Shown: positions 11,509 to 22,687 of the stretch, piece by piece | Position numbering within the stretch: the first letter of the stretch is position 1 | Layout of the letters: each line of letters starts with the position of its first letter | Assembly (NCBI GenBank): GCA_004764695.1 | Contig: SMSO01000031.1 | Span: forward strand, 4,440,436-4,504,435 | Origin: Schizochytrium sp. TIO01 | Lineage: Eukaryota; Protista; Bigyra: Labyrinthulomycetes | Length of the DNA stretch: 64,000 nt | Reading direction: 5' to 3' | Translations under genes and position numbers: made by a program | The notes under the pieces: model-generated | Databases searched by the model: none | What the model was told of the DNA's origin: nothing | The model's input: the letters and a program-made list of their open reading frames with translations, nothing else

Positions 11509-14500
11509 ATGGGGGACGAAAATATGAGGAAAGAGACGATCACGTCATCATCGACTTCTGGATTGGGTGCACTCGCAGAGCACATCGATGATGATGAAAA
11601 CGAGGTTGATGTGAACGAATTCGGTAAATCTCCTTATGGGGATGACGAAGAGCCCACAAGGTATCCAGGTGTTGTAGAAGAAGCTCTGCAAGGGTGCTTT
11701 GGCAGCGCCACGCAGGCTCGGAGCTCCCAAGATGTTGCAAATTTCATTCGACGTAGATCTTCACAGCAAGGATCAAGCCTTTTGGGCGAGTCAGGTCATG
11801 GTGATCATGAGTTTGACGCGCTTGATGATGCTGATTTTGATCCTGTGGCCTTTGTGAATGACCGGTTCCCAGACGAAAAAAGTTTTGCGCTCCTTGACCC
11901 GTTTTTGGCACGGCTACGCTCACAAGTTGGCACACTAGACACCGCTGTATTTGAGGCTGTGAAAACACAAGCCACGCAAGCTGAGCACTCTATAGAAGAT
12001 ATCATGGAAGCCAAGGACTCTATTAAACAGCTACAAACTAAGGTCAAAGAGATCAAAGGCAAAGCCGAACAATCTGAGGTCATGGTGCAGGAGATCTGCC
12101 GTGATATCCGTAAGCTCGACAACGCTAAGCGCCACCTCACTTACACAATCACTTCTTTAAAGAAATTCCACATGCTTGTAACAGCCGTTGATCAGTTAGA
12201 CTTCATGGTGGAAAGCAGACAATATCGTGAAACTGCCAATTTGTTTCAGGCCACTTCTCAATTGCTCACGGACTTTGAGCAACATAAAAACATTGAGCCT
12301 GTAGCAAAACTTCGAGATTCTGTTGCAAAAACGAGGCAGGCTCTCACCGAGCAGATATTCCAGGACTTTGAAGCTCTCTCTGAAGTTAGTAGTGATTACT
12401 CGGCTGGGCAGGCTAATAAATCCTCAAACGGGCAGCACGCAGATCATGCAGGTGCTCGAAACTCTAATGAGACTGGTGGATCTGGTCTTTATGAAGACCC
12501 CCACGCATCTACCTACGAAGACCCCTTTGCAATTTCTAGCACCAACGCTGATGCTCTGTTTTACAGTTCAGATGCCCACACTCCTGAGTCTTTAGCTGGC
12601 GCCTGCAAGGTAGTGGACGCACTTGGTCCCAGTATTCGCCGTCAACTTATTGAGCGTGTGTGTCAAGTTTGGCTAGCTCCTTATGACCAGCTCTTTGGGC
12701 CTGGAGAGGAACACTCTGGCCTTGAAGCTACGGAGAGACGTTATGCTTGGCTCCGACGATTACTGCGACACAATGAAGAGCGCTATGACAACATTTTCCC
12801 TGAGGCCTGGTGCATCAACAAACATTTGGTTGTTGCATTTGTACAACGTACAGAGATGCACCTTCGTACAGAATTGCGTAGCATTGATCCCCCAGAAAGT
12901 GCTGATGTCAGTATTTTGATTCGTGCCTTGCGTAAGACCTTAGACTTTGAACATGAAATGTCGGTTCGCTTCGAATACGACCGGAACGATCCTGAGACTG
13001 ATGGCGAGAAACATAAAGTAGAGTATGTCCCCGAAATCACAGCTGAGTCTATTCGAAGAAAGCACGAGGCTCGTAAATCGCCAATCGACCATACTTCTTG
13101 TGAAACAACAGCTGATCTCGATGAAGCTCGCGCTGCCCGCGAACAGGCGCTTGCCGAGGCGCGGGAGCTCCCTACTATTAATGGCGTTATTTCAAGTGTC
13201 TTTCATCCTTATTTGATCGCCTATGTCAAGGCTGTCGCAACTAAGATGCGTGAGGAGCTCCACAAAGTTATCCGTGAAGAGGATGTTAATGAGGATGGAT
13301 CTCTACCTTATTTCTCAAGTGCCTCTCAAATGTTTGCGCTCATTAAGAGTGGCATCAATCAATGTATTCAATTCACAACTGGCCGTGCGTTCTATGATCT
13401 CTACTTGGAGTTCAAGAAGATTATGAGAGAGTATGCTCAGACTCTAGAAGGGAAATTGCCACCTGTTTCTGGGCGAGCTCTGTCTCCTGCAACTGCTCGA
13501 ACTGCATGCCATGTTCTCAACTCGGCAGAATATTGTGCGGAGACTATTGAGCAGCTAGAAGCTCTTATCCAAAGTAAGATCGAGGACAAGTTTCGAGATA
13601 GCATCTCTCTTGAGGATGAAGTCGATACATTTTTTGGCACCGTAGACAAGGCTGGAAAGGCCTTTGTTGGGGGCATTACAGCAATTGTGGAGCCCGATCT
13701 ACAAGCTGCATCCCGTATTAACTGGGCCAATGTGAACGAAGTAGGTGACCAGTCCAAGTATGTCTCTACGTTGAACTCGGCTTTGCAGGAGTTTATCCCT
13801 CTCTTACGTGGTCTTCTCTCTGGTGTGTATTTTCGTCGTTTCTGCGACCGCTTTGCAGCAGGTTTCATTGCTAGATACGCAGACCATGTTACGCGTTGTC
13901 GCAAAGTTGGCGAAATGGCAGCGCAGCAATTATTGCTTGATGCACAAGCCGTAAAATCTCTTTTGATGAATGTACCCTCTCTTGCCGAGTCAGTAACCCC
14001 GGCAGACTCAGATGATGCCCCTCTATCGTTTGCTACCTACAACAAAATCGTTGGTCCACAAATGCAACGGGTTGAAGCTATTCTCAAGCTTGTTGGTATG
14101 AACCTCGCACCTGCACTTCTGATTGAAAACTTCAAGTTATTACTGGTTGATGGCACAAGTGAGGATCTACGTCAGGTTTTGGAAATGAAGGGCTTCAAAA
14201 AGACAGAGCAAACTGGCGTGCTAAAGGAGGCTGAAAAGGCAGGAATTCCCAAGGCACCTCCCAAGGCTGCTACTCAGACACTCTCAGGCACAGCTCCTCA
14301 GGATAAACCTGCTTCTGCAGCGGCATCTGTGTATGCCTCTGCGGCAGCAGCATTTCCCTCAGAAGAAGCATCGTTTTCCCAGGTATTTTCAAAAATGACG
14401 GACATGAAAGAACAACTTGATAAGGTCACTGCTGCAGCTGCTAGTTCATCGGGTGGTCGCTCATTTGGCTCCTTTAGCGCCAACTTCTCCTCTTCACTCC

Positions 14501-14529
14501 AGCGTGCTGTCAAAAAGGCCAACCGGTAA
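11509..14529 (+). CDS. VPS53: Vacuolar protein sorting protein 53 (GARP/EARP tethering complex subunit)
   Basis: FDPVAFVNDRFPDE, KAEQSEVMVQEICRDIRKLDNAKRHLTYTITSLK, ERRYAWLRRLL, NSAEYCAET, VGDQSKYV and AQQLLLD match Vps53 hallmarks. First ATG is at 11509. Confidence 0.93.
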   Translation: MGDENMRKETITSSSTSGLGALAEHIDDDENEVDVNEFGKSPYGDDEEPTRYPGVVEEALQGCFGSATQARSSQDVANFIRRRSSQQGSSLLGESGHGDHEFDALDDADFDPVAFVNDRFPDEKSFALLDPFLARLRSQVGTLDTAVFEAVKTQATQAEHSIEDIMEAKDSIKQLQTKVKEIKGKAEQSEVMVQEICRDIRKLDNAKRHLTYTITSLKKFHMLVTAVDQLDFMVESRQYRETANLFQATSQLLTDFEQHKNIEPVAKLRDSVAKTRQALTEQIFQDFEALSEVSSDYSAGQANKSSNGQHADHAGARNSNETGGSGLYEDPHASTYEDPFAISSTNADALFYSSDAHTPESLAGACKVVDALGPSIRRQLIERVCQVWLAPYDQLFGPGEEHSGLEATERRYAWLRRLLRHNEERYDNIFPEAWCINKHLVVAFVQRTEMHLRTELRSIDPPESADVSILIRALRKTLDFEHEMSVRFEYDRNDPETDGEKHKVEYVPEITAESIRRKHEARKSPIDHTSCETTADLDEARAAREQALAEARELPTINGVISSVFHPYLIAYVKAVATKMREELHKVIREEDVNEDGSLPYFSSASQMFALIKSGINQCIQFTTGRAFYDLYLEFKKIMREYAQTLEGKLPPVSGRALSPATARTACHVLNSAEYCAETIEQLEALIQSKIEDKFRDSISLEDEVDTFFGTVDKAGKAFVGGITAIVEPDLQAASRINWANVNEVGDQSKYVSTLNSALQEFIPLLRGLLSGVYFRRFCDRFAAGFIARYADHVTRCRKVGEMAAQQLLLDAQAVKSLLMNVPSLAESVTPADSDDAPLSFATYNKIVGPQMQRVEAILKLVGMNLAPALLIENFKLLLVDGTSEDLRQVLEMKGFKKTEQTGVLKEAEKAGIPKAPPKAATQTLSGTAPQDKPASAAASVYASAAAAFPSEEASFSQVFSKMTDMKEQLDKVTAAAASSSGGRSFGSFSANFSSSLQRAVKKANR

Positions 14530-14780
14530 GGTGGTGCAACGAGAAGCATTTTGTGGTATTCAAAATAAATAAGTCCTTCTTATGAATGGGTGAGCGAAGA
14601 ACAGAGCTAGTTATCCTATTCCTATCTGATTGTTTGGGTTTCTTCCTCTAAAGTATCTTTTGAAGTTTTTATCTCATGAAATAATTCTCGAATTTCTTTT
14701 TAAATGTCAATGAGGGTAGTATAGCAAAATAGTATGATACTGTGATTTTTAATCTAAAATATACAGCTCTGGGGTGGTCT

Positions 14781-17576
14781 TCAAGTACCATTATCAACGA
14801 TTCCAAGAAGACCTTCGATTAGAGACTCTTCAGGCAAAGTTGTATTATTCAAAAGCTTTCCACAAATTCTGTCAGTATCAAGATTGTGACAAAGATGCTT
14901 CACCACGGTGATCTTGTTTGCATGAAGTGCATGAGCAAGTTTATGTCTAGTGATCTTTCTCTTAACTGTTCTGATGTCATTTTCAGTACGTTCGTCGTCT
15001 TCCTTTTCTGATTGAAGAGCGTATGCAAGTTGAAGGACGTGCAATTGAACCTCACGCGGAAGAACACTCAAGCCGTTGTGTACATAAGGCTTGTTTCGTG
15101 TAGGTTTAGAAATAAGAACCTCTTCTACCTCGTTCATAGCCTTGTCGAATTCATTATCTTGAAACTCATCTAATGGGGACAAACATGCTCTTGGGCTTAA
15201 ATGCATTCCGTGCGCTTGCACCTCCTGCTTTAGGCTTTCCCGGCGTCGAAGTAGTGCATCTTTAGTTGATCGACTTGTCCTAAAATGATTTTCTCTGAAG
15301 ACTAGATTACCTCTGCGAAGGTTTTGCTCCTCAAAATTTGTATTTCCTCTTGATACATCATAGGGTGTTATGTCTTTTGTTATTCTAGACTCAGGTTCAT
15401 CATTGTGAAGACTGTGATCAACCTCCCGCTGTAAAATTGCGCACGCAGATTGAGGGCGTAATGACAAGCGACGACGCTCAATTCGACGTTCATGGCCTTC
15501 TAAAGGGTCTTGCAGCCAAGCTAATGACAGCGAACGTGATGATCGACGCCTACGTTGAAAAGAGCCCCATATGTCCCCTGACTTTGCTGCGTCAAGCTTG
15601 CCAAACTGTACTGTCCCAAGTTTCCTGGAGCTCATGTTGTGTTCGGAGGTTAGCTGTGCATATTTTGTTTTAGGTTTTGAACCTGTTTCAAGGAAATTTG
15701 AACCTAAGTCCTTGCTGTTGGACATCTCTGTTTTGGTTCTGAGTTTCCTGATGTTAATTGTGCTTTCTACTTTGCTTGTCGTAAATCGCCTTCGAGCATT
15801 ACTTGTCACATCCTGCATTACAAATGCAGGATTGTCTTTAATTCTGCTCTTTTGAGTATCTTCTTTTGATTCCTCTGGGTCATCATTATGGGATTGCTTG
15901 GAAGTCGAACTGGCTAGACGATTGATTGCAGCGGCTCGCGTGGCCGCTGCGCGCTTTTTCTCTTGAAGGAGGCGCTTCTTTCGCTCTTTGGAAGCCTTTT
16001 CACGTTCCTTAGGGCAATACATCTGTCGTGCAATCATGGGATTTTCAGCAATATTCAAATGTTTCCATTTACCACTTGCTACAAGCTTATTATACTCATC
16101 TTGGGATAAAATTTCATGGTTTTCTCGAAAACGCAGTGTTCCATCTTTATCACGAATAAGTAAACGCTGTACAAGCTGATACAAAAAATCATAATACAAA
16201 TCTTCATCAACGTCGTCGGTCCAAAGGTCTACAATCTGAAACCAAGACTGACTAAAGCGAGAAAAGTTGAGGTGATGTCGCCCTTGTGAATCCATCGTCC
16301 AGTCCCTTTGAGCCATTTCGACACCTTCCACAGGATCAAATTCGCCAATAACTGCAACCTGTAACTTTTGATTCAAAAGCATATACTCAGTATGATCAAG
16401 TTTACCTGAGAAATCTGCATCTGCGGCAAGCCAAACCATAGTCAACAAAGATCGAATTCGCGCACTAAAGCGAATAGACTCTCTCATCAAAAGCATTTGG
16501 TCCGAATGAAGATGATCAAATGTGGATTTTTCTTCGTCTGTAAGACCTGTTGCGATCGACTCTATGCTATCTGTAGAGCCCATATAAAATGTCCGGAGTT
16601 CGGATATAAGATTCGGACCTTCGCGTTTATTTACATCTTGCATAGATACTGATCGACCTAGTTTCGGTCGGAACATCCGGGCCTTGCGATCTTCCAAGGA
16701 CTCATCCGTACTCCGGATGCTTGTCGAGCGAGGGCGGTCAAAAATCGATTCCCTGAGTTGCGCTTCAGTCGGTTTCGCTTCCTTGGGCTCTTCAACTAGT
16801 GGGTTTTGATTCAATGAACCCTTTGGTTTGGAATTATGCAATGGCAATATTTTAAGCTCATCAACTTGACCAGGGCTGTTCTGAATCTCAGGACTCCTTG
16901 ACACATCACTTACCCTGATGCTTCTAGGAGTACTCGCCAGACTTCTTGTAGACCCTTGTGAAGCAAGTGTGAGAAATTTTGATATGTCAACTCCCATGAT
17001 TGAGTCTCCTCGAGTAAGTTTGCCTGGTTTCGCTAATACACCACGCCCCAAAGTACTCTGGCGTTGTAACATCGGCCGGTGAAGTTGCCCTGAGTTAGAT
17101 CGAGGAGTAATTTGTAAAGTTGGTGTTGCTAAAGCGTCCGAGAGCCTTGGTGAGGGATGACCATCTGACCTTGGTAGATCTTGGGAACCTATAGCTGCGT
17201 TTGTATTTTCCATTGACAACAGTGATTCGTCAGCATGCCTTATAGGATGGCTTAACTGTCGTCGCGAGGATTTGCGAACGGCCCCTGAAAGTCTTGCTTG
17301 AGGAGTGTCACTATTTTGAAGATTTCTTGACGTTCTTTGTGTATCATTGCCGTCAGTACCATAACCGCCATCCCCTCCATCGTCATCGTTTTCATCATCT
17401 AAATGTGCGAGGAGTCGTATAGCATTTCCAAGAGATTGCCGCGATGCGTCCCTTTTAAGAAGTTCTTTGCGTTCATCTGTATCTGCAATGTCAATGTTGG
17501 CTTCAGAAGTTTGAGTATCATCGATGCGCGACGATGTCCCACGTTTGGATGAGGTAAGTTGAAGGCCGTCCTCCAT
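14781..17576 (-). CDS. Large, mostly disordered Ser/Arg-rich protein with a central EF-hand-like domain; function unknown
   Basis: Uninterrupted ORF of about 930 aa from ATG 17576. EF-loop-like DADFSGKLDHTE, followed by DWTMDSQG and FSQSWFQIVDLWTDD (~16440-16175), then a basic coiled-coil segment. Confidence 0.75.
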   Translation of the reverse strand: MEDGLQLTSSKRGTSSRIDDTQTSEANIDIADTDERKELLKRDASRQSLGNAIRLLAHLDDENDDDGGDGGYGTDGNDTQRTSRNLQNSDTPQARLSGAVRKSSRRQLSHPIRHADESLLSMENTNAAIGSQDLPRSDGHPSPRLSDALATPTLQITPRSNSGQLHRPMLQRQSTLGRGVLAKPGKLTRGDSIMGVDISKFLTLASQGSTRSLASTPRSIRVSDVSRSPEIQNSPGQVDELKILPLHNSKPKGSLNQNPLVEEPKEAKPTEAQLRESIFDRPRSTSIRSTDESLEDRKARMFRPKLGRSVSMQDVNKREGPNLISELRTFYMGSTDSIESIATGLTDEEKSTFDHLHSDQMLLMRESIRFSARIRSLLTMVWLAADADFSGKLDHTEYMLLNQKLQVAVIGEFDPVEGVEMAQRDWTMDSQGRHHLNFSRFSQSWFQIVDLWTDDVDEDLYYDFLYQLVQRLLIRDKDGTLRFRENHEILSQDEYNKLVASGKWKHLNIAENPMIARQMYCPKEREKASKERKKRLLQEKKRAAATRAAAINRLASSTSKQSHNDDPEESKEDTQKSRIKDNPAFVMQDVTSNARRRFTTSKVESTINIRKLRTKTEMSNSKDLGSNFLETGSKPKTKYAQLTSEHNMSSRKLGTVQFGKLDAAKSGDIWGSFQRRRRSSRSLSLAWLQDPLEGHERRIERRRLSLRPQSACAILQREVDHSLHNDEPESRITKDITPYDVSRGNTNFEEQNLRRGNLVFRENHFRTSRSTKDALLRRRESLKQEVQAHGMHLSPRACLSPLDEFQDNEFDKAMNEVEEVLISKPTRNKPYVHNGLSVLPREVQLHVLQLAYALQSEKEDDERTENDIRTVKRKITRHKLAHALHANKITVVKHLCHNLDTDRICGKLLNNTTLPEESLIEGLLGIVDNGT

Positions 17577-18421
17577 GCTCCATATGCCGAAAGTAAGTTT
17601 TTGCAAGCTTCACGACGAAAGCCCGCTCAATATACAATACTACAAACTCGCCCTCTAGTTTTCCGCAACGCAATGCCTCTTTTATCGAAAACTATTCTTT
17701 TCAATTTCGCCCATGGTTCCCTTGAAAAGGCTACAAGATACAAGTTCCCAGAACCTGGCTGGTTCAAGGTTCTTGTGAGATCAGACAGTACACACCTTGA
17801 ACAGAAAAGATATGGGTTAAACGCTATTATTTCACATTTGAAAATTAAAATGCACTTTTCGGATATGAGGCTTCCCAACTTTCGCCGATGTATCATGCCG
17901 GTAACAACACTGATGCGGGGGCTATTGTACACTGAGAATATAACGCATTGGGTTCGTCCAGAATAGCTTCTATGATGCTCGTATTTTCGTACCCTGGGTC
18001 TCACCGGATATGTTCACTTGCAACCTCATGTGAGTGATTTCTTCTTAGTTACAAAGAAGAGAGGAAAGAGAAAAACAATTATTGGTAAAAGGCCCAGAAC
18101 CCAAGGATATAATAGTAAAAAGAAAAAAGTTATCTCTGTTGGAGTAGTAGGTACTACTGTTCATAAAGGAGTTTGAAAGACGAAGCGGAGGATATTTATG
18201 AAAGGTAGAAGATAAGAGCCCAGCAAACACAAAACCTTTCGTTGTAACTTCGGAGAGCTCACACGAGTCTGACTACCTCGTTATGCTCTGACGGACGATT
18301 TTATATTCACGCCAAGAACTTTTGCGTCTAGCTCAACCTGGTTGTTCTAGTAACAGAAACTAACGATCGAGGGTTGTAGGCTTACAGCAAGTTTTGCGCC
18401 AAGCCGGCCAGGGTTGGACTC

Positions 18422-20905
18422 ATGGCACTCAGCGAGAAGAATGATTATGATTCGGAGCAACAATTGCTGCAGATTGGTCATCCTAAATCACAGCCATCCC
18501 GAAAGTCGTGTCAGACAGGAAAACTTCTTACTCTCGTTTTTTTCATCTGTTCTCTTGCCATGGTGACAATATCATTAATTTTGCCACGAGGCTCACCCAG
18601 GCAAACCATTGACCAGAGTGATATGGCAAGAAGCAAAAGCTCGGCTAACCTTGATGAAGATTTGGTCAATCTTGTTGATATTACGACAGGGAGTGGTCCC
18701 GCGCGTTTTGATTTCAGTCGAGGTAATACTCTACCTTTGATTGCCTTGCCCCATGCAATGACTCATTGGGCAGTGCAGACACTGCCGAGCTCTGATCTTT
18801 CGAGCAAATGGTTCTTTGATCCAAGTGAGGTTAAGTTCGGAGGTGTTCGCTGTACACACCAGCCATCGCCCTGGATTGGCGATTACGGGCAATTTATTAT
18901 TGCTGCAGGAATTGACGAGCTGGGATCTGCAGTTTATGATCGTGTGAAAGGAGCAACCATGAAGCCGCATCTTTTAAACACAACATTCCTTAATATGTGT
19001 TCTTATGACGGTTGTGTTCGTATGGAGTTTGCCCCAAGCGAACATGGCGGTATTTTGCGTGTCCGCTTCCCTCCGTCTCTCGGAAAGTACCGCCAACATT
19101 TAACAATTCAGTTGAGCAAAGGTAGCATCAACACAACAATATCTAGTACACATAGCTTGAGAGAATCTAATGAGCAGGAGCCTCTACTAGGAAACCCGAG
19201 AGTCGACCCCTCATACAATTCCTATTTCGTAGCAGGCTTTTCGACCGCAAATGCAGGAGGGGTTGTTTCTTCAAAGAACTTCAAGCATCACTTTGTACAT
19301 GCAATTCGCTTTCTAGGAGGTGGAGCCCAGGGCCTTTCCGTTGATACAGATATCCAGTGCATAACAAGTTGCTCCGCAACTTTGTCATGGAACAATACAA
19401 ATTTGGATAAGGAAGTTATTGTGGAAATGCGAATCGGAACATCTTTCATCAGTCAGAGTCAGGCTGAGCTCGCTTTGCATCAGGAAATTGCAAATTTTAC
19501 TCTCGAAGAGGTAAGCAAACGTGCTCAGCATGCTTGGAACTTACTTTTGAGCCGCGTGCGCGTTCGCGGCGAAGCAAAATCATCTGTACATGATCAACTC
19601 ACTGCCAAAAGGATGTTGTATACAAATCTTTATCGAGCACTCCTGTTTCCACGGTACTTTGCAGAAATAGATGCCTCAAATGAGACTGTTCACTACTCCC
19701 CTTTCTCTGCTGATGGAAGTATCCGACCCGGTGCTGTAATGGTTGATAGTGGCTTTTGGGATGCTTACAGAACAGTATATCCCATGCTTCATCTTTTCTA
19801 TCCTGACATTGCGGAGAGAATTTTGAAAGCGTATGTGAATAGCTTGGATGAATCTGGTGGACGAATTGTGCAATGGGCTTCCCCGGGGCCAAGAGACTCA
19901 ATGGTAGGCACTATGAGCGATGTCACTCTTGCAGAAGGCATTGTGAAGGGTGCATTGAAAGACGAAGATGCCAAAAAGGCATATGCAAGTTTACTTATGA
20001 GCGCTTTTAACAAAAATGGAAGTAACTCTCGTGCATTTTTAGATGAGTACACAGAACTTGGTTATATCCCTCAGCACACTGCGCTCACATTAAATTATAA
20101 ACTTGCAGACTTCTCAATCGCTCAAGCTGCAGTTTCCATGAATGACACAGACACAGCTGATCAGCTTTTGAGGCGTTCTCAAGATTGGCTCAGACTATTT
20201 GATAACGAAACAAGATTCTTCAGAGCCCCAGGAGGTGATGGAGCCTTTCCAAGTAATTTTGATCCTTTCCTCTGGGATTTGGAGGATACAACAGAGGGAT
20301 CTTTCTGGCACTATAGATTCTACGTCCCTCATGACGGCGCGCGCCTTCGAACTGTACACGCTGCTTTAGGTGGCGAGGGGAGCCTGTGTGCTGCACTTCG
20401 CTCTGTCTTCACCACACCACCAGCGTTTCATATGCGCAACGTCATCCACGAAGCGGTCGAATTTGCGTCAAATTGTGTGGGGCAGTATGCCCAAAACAAT
20501 CAGCCAGCGCACCACATGCTATACATGTTCGCACACAGTGAATGCCCCTTGGATGGACAAAACTGGATTGCCTATACGCTTGACCATCAGTACTCTATGG
20601 ATGGATACTCAGGTGACGAAGATAATGGGGAAATGGCAAGTTGGTATCTTCTATCCTCTATAGGGTTGTATGCATTGAACCCGAGTAGCGGTACTTATCA
20701 GGTTGGAACAGGTCCTGTCTTTGAGCAAGTTGAAATCACGCGTCCTATTGGATATGGCGATACTCTTCGTATTTCACGACCTTCCAAAGCTGAAGCACCG
20801 TATCGTTGGATTTCGTTCAATGACTATGATTATGATCTTAGCAACGACGTTGTCCAAATTCATTATCATGATTTGCTCAAAGGTGGTCATATTCTATTCT
20901 CATAA
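18422..20905 (+). CDS. Glycoside hydrolase family 92 (alpha-1,2-mannosidase-like), type II membrane-anchored
   Basis: THQPSPWIGDYG, YTNLYRALLFP, GFWDAYRTVYP, MVGTMSD, YKLADFSIAQAA, TEGSFWHY, NQPAHH, YSGDEDNGEMASWY and C-terminal LLKGGHILF. Hydrophobic anchor LLTLVFFICSLAMVTISLIL near the N-terminus. Confidence 0.93.
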   Translation: MALSEKNDYDSEQQLLQIGHPKSQPSRKSCQTGKLLTLVFFICSLAMVTISLILPRGSPRQTIDQSDMARSKSSANLDEDLVNLVDITTGSGPARFDFSRGNTLPLIALPHAMTHWAVQTLPSSDLSSKWFFDPSEVKFGGVRCTHQPSPWIGDYGQFIIAAGIDELGSAVYDRVKGATMKPHLLNTTFLNMCSYDGCVRMEFAPSEHGGILRVRFPPSLGKYRQHLTIQLSKGSINTTISSTHSLRESNEQEPLLGNPRVDPSYNSYFVAGFSTANAGGVVSSKNFKHHFVHAIRFLGGGAQGLSVDTDIQCITSCSATLSWNNTNLDKEVIVEMRIGTSFISQSQAELALHQEIANFTLEEVSKRAQHAWNLLLSRVRVRGEAKSSVHDQLTAKRMLYTNLYRALLFPRYFAEIDASNETVHYSPFSADGSIRPGAVMVDSGFWDAYRTVYPMLHLFYPDIAERILKAYVNSLDESGGRIVQWASPGPRDSMVGTMSDVTLAEGIVKGALKDEDAKKAYASLLMSAFNKNGSNSRAFLDEYTELGYIPQHTALTLNYKLADFSIAQAAVSMNDTDTADQLLRRSQDWLRLFDNETRFFRAPGGDGAFPSNFDPFLWDLEDTTEGSFWHYRFYVPHDGARLRTVHAALGGEGSLCAALRSVFTTPPAFHMRNVIHEAVEFASNCVGQYAQNNQPAHHMLYMFAHSECPLDGQNWIAYTLDHQYSMDGYSGDEDNGEMASWYLLSSIGLYALNPSSGTYQVGTGPVFEQVEITRPIGYGDTLRISRPSKAEAPYRWISFNDYDYDLSNDVVQIHYHDLLKGGHILFS

Positions 20906-21421
20906 TATAATAAACTCATGTTGAATTAGGACAGAACACGGTCTTCAGCATAAATGTTAGGAGCTTAAATTGTTGCCTGCGAAGTGCAACAGTAGAAACA
21001 AGTGCAAAAACAAGAGGACTATGATATAATGCTCGTAAATAATAGTAGTCTTATTATGTTTCTGTCAAATTAGGTTTGATGATATATTGAAAAGATGATA
21101 ATCCAAGAAGGGGGTAATGCAAAGCTTCAAAAACGAAAAGAGAATGACATAATATGAGTGTAGTTGACAACAACATTTGAGCATGGTTTTCGTTTTGTTG
21201 CAAAGAGGACACGTGGACGTTCATAAATGAACGACGAAAGATCTTACTGCCGGGGTGATCAGGAATTTTCCATAGTTAGGAGTTCCAAAACTTCAGAAGA
21301 GTGCTAGTTCTATACGGGAATTTTATCTCCTATCTTAGTTTCTAAAGATTCTAGAAGGAAAGCTCTGCTGAAGACTTGGGTGAAGTGTAGAACGATTAAT
21401 GTCTGGCACGAGAGCGCCAAG

Positions 21422-21434
21422 TTATCGAAGTTTA

Positions 21435-21470
<36 letters not shown>

Positions 21471-22645
21471 ATTTGGACATTGTGAACATGCAACTCAATG
21501 TTGCGATTTTGTTCCCTTAACAGGGCGAGCTCCAAAAGAGCTTTGTTGGACTGGAGCATTCGCAGTTCCTCAAGCTCTTGACGTTTCTTTTCATTAAATG
21601 CAGAAATAAGGAGTAACAGGGTCTCAGCGCGAGAGGGGTTTTCTGCCATAAGTTTCCGAGCGATGTCTTCAGTTAGCTCACTAGCAATCCCTCCACCCAA
21701 AGAGAGACCGCCTTGACCCATGCTGGGGCTCGAATCTTTGCTACCCTGAGAAGAAGAAGAAAACATGCTGTTTGGTACACTGTTTCCAGAAGTATTGCTT
21801 GGTTTATTGCTTGAACTTGAGCTGCGGTTGTTGTTGTTGTTGTTGTTGTTGTTGTTACTGTTGTTATTTCCCGTATTGCTAGACACATTACCGGTAACGC
21901 TGTTGTTGCTACCATTGTTCTTGTTGCCTTCGGTGGCCTTAGGGCCACTGGATGCACCTCCGTTGAACGGCCTACCACTTGAAGCAGTACGGCCACCAAG
22001 TCCACCCTGTGTCGAGTCCTGTTGCTGCCGGCCTTGCTGAGACTGTTGGTGTTCCTGATGCTGCTGCAAGATCTGTTGTAGCAAGAATTGTTGGCGCTGG
22101 TCCATATTTGCTTGTTGTGGGTTCAAGTTCATAATCTGACTCAAACTTTGCTGGAGGTTGGCAAACTCATCACCACCCCCCATCGAAGATTGTTGGACCT
22201 TTTGTTGTTGTTGTTTAGCAGGTTGTTGTTGTTGTTGTTGTTGTTGCTGCTGCTGCTGCTGCTGCAGTTGCTGAAGAATTGCAGCTTGCTCATGAATCGG
22301 CGCACCTTGGGCTTTCCTCATTTGCTCCTGCATAAGCAAATATTGACGGACTTCCATTTCACTCATCTGCTGGAGTTGAGCAGGGCTAAGATGCAGTGAT
22401 TGTTGTTGTTGTTGTTGTTGCTGCTGCTGCTGCTGCTGTTGCTTTTGTTGCTGAATGACCTGTTGCAGTTGGAGTTGCATTGACTGATACATATTAACAA
22501 GGTTTTCAATATCGTTTCTGGGAAGAGAGTTACCCTGCTGGGTCAAGATCGCTTCGATCATTGATATTTTATCCTCGAGCTCCATTTGAAGCTTTGCCAA
22601 TTGCAATTGGTGTGCGTTCGAGTTCCCTCCCTGTTGTTGTTGTTG

Positions 22646-22687
<42 letters not shown>

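Noticed and set aside
17559-18004. Overlapping 135-aa (+) and 125-aa (-) ORFs between divergent genes
   Set aside because: Non-ATG starts and no recognisable motifs; probably promoter/UTR sequence.
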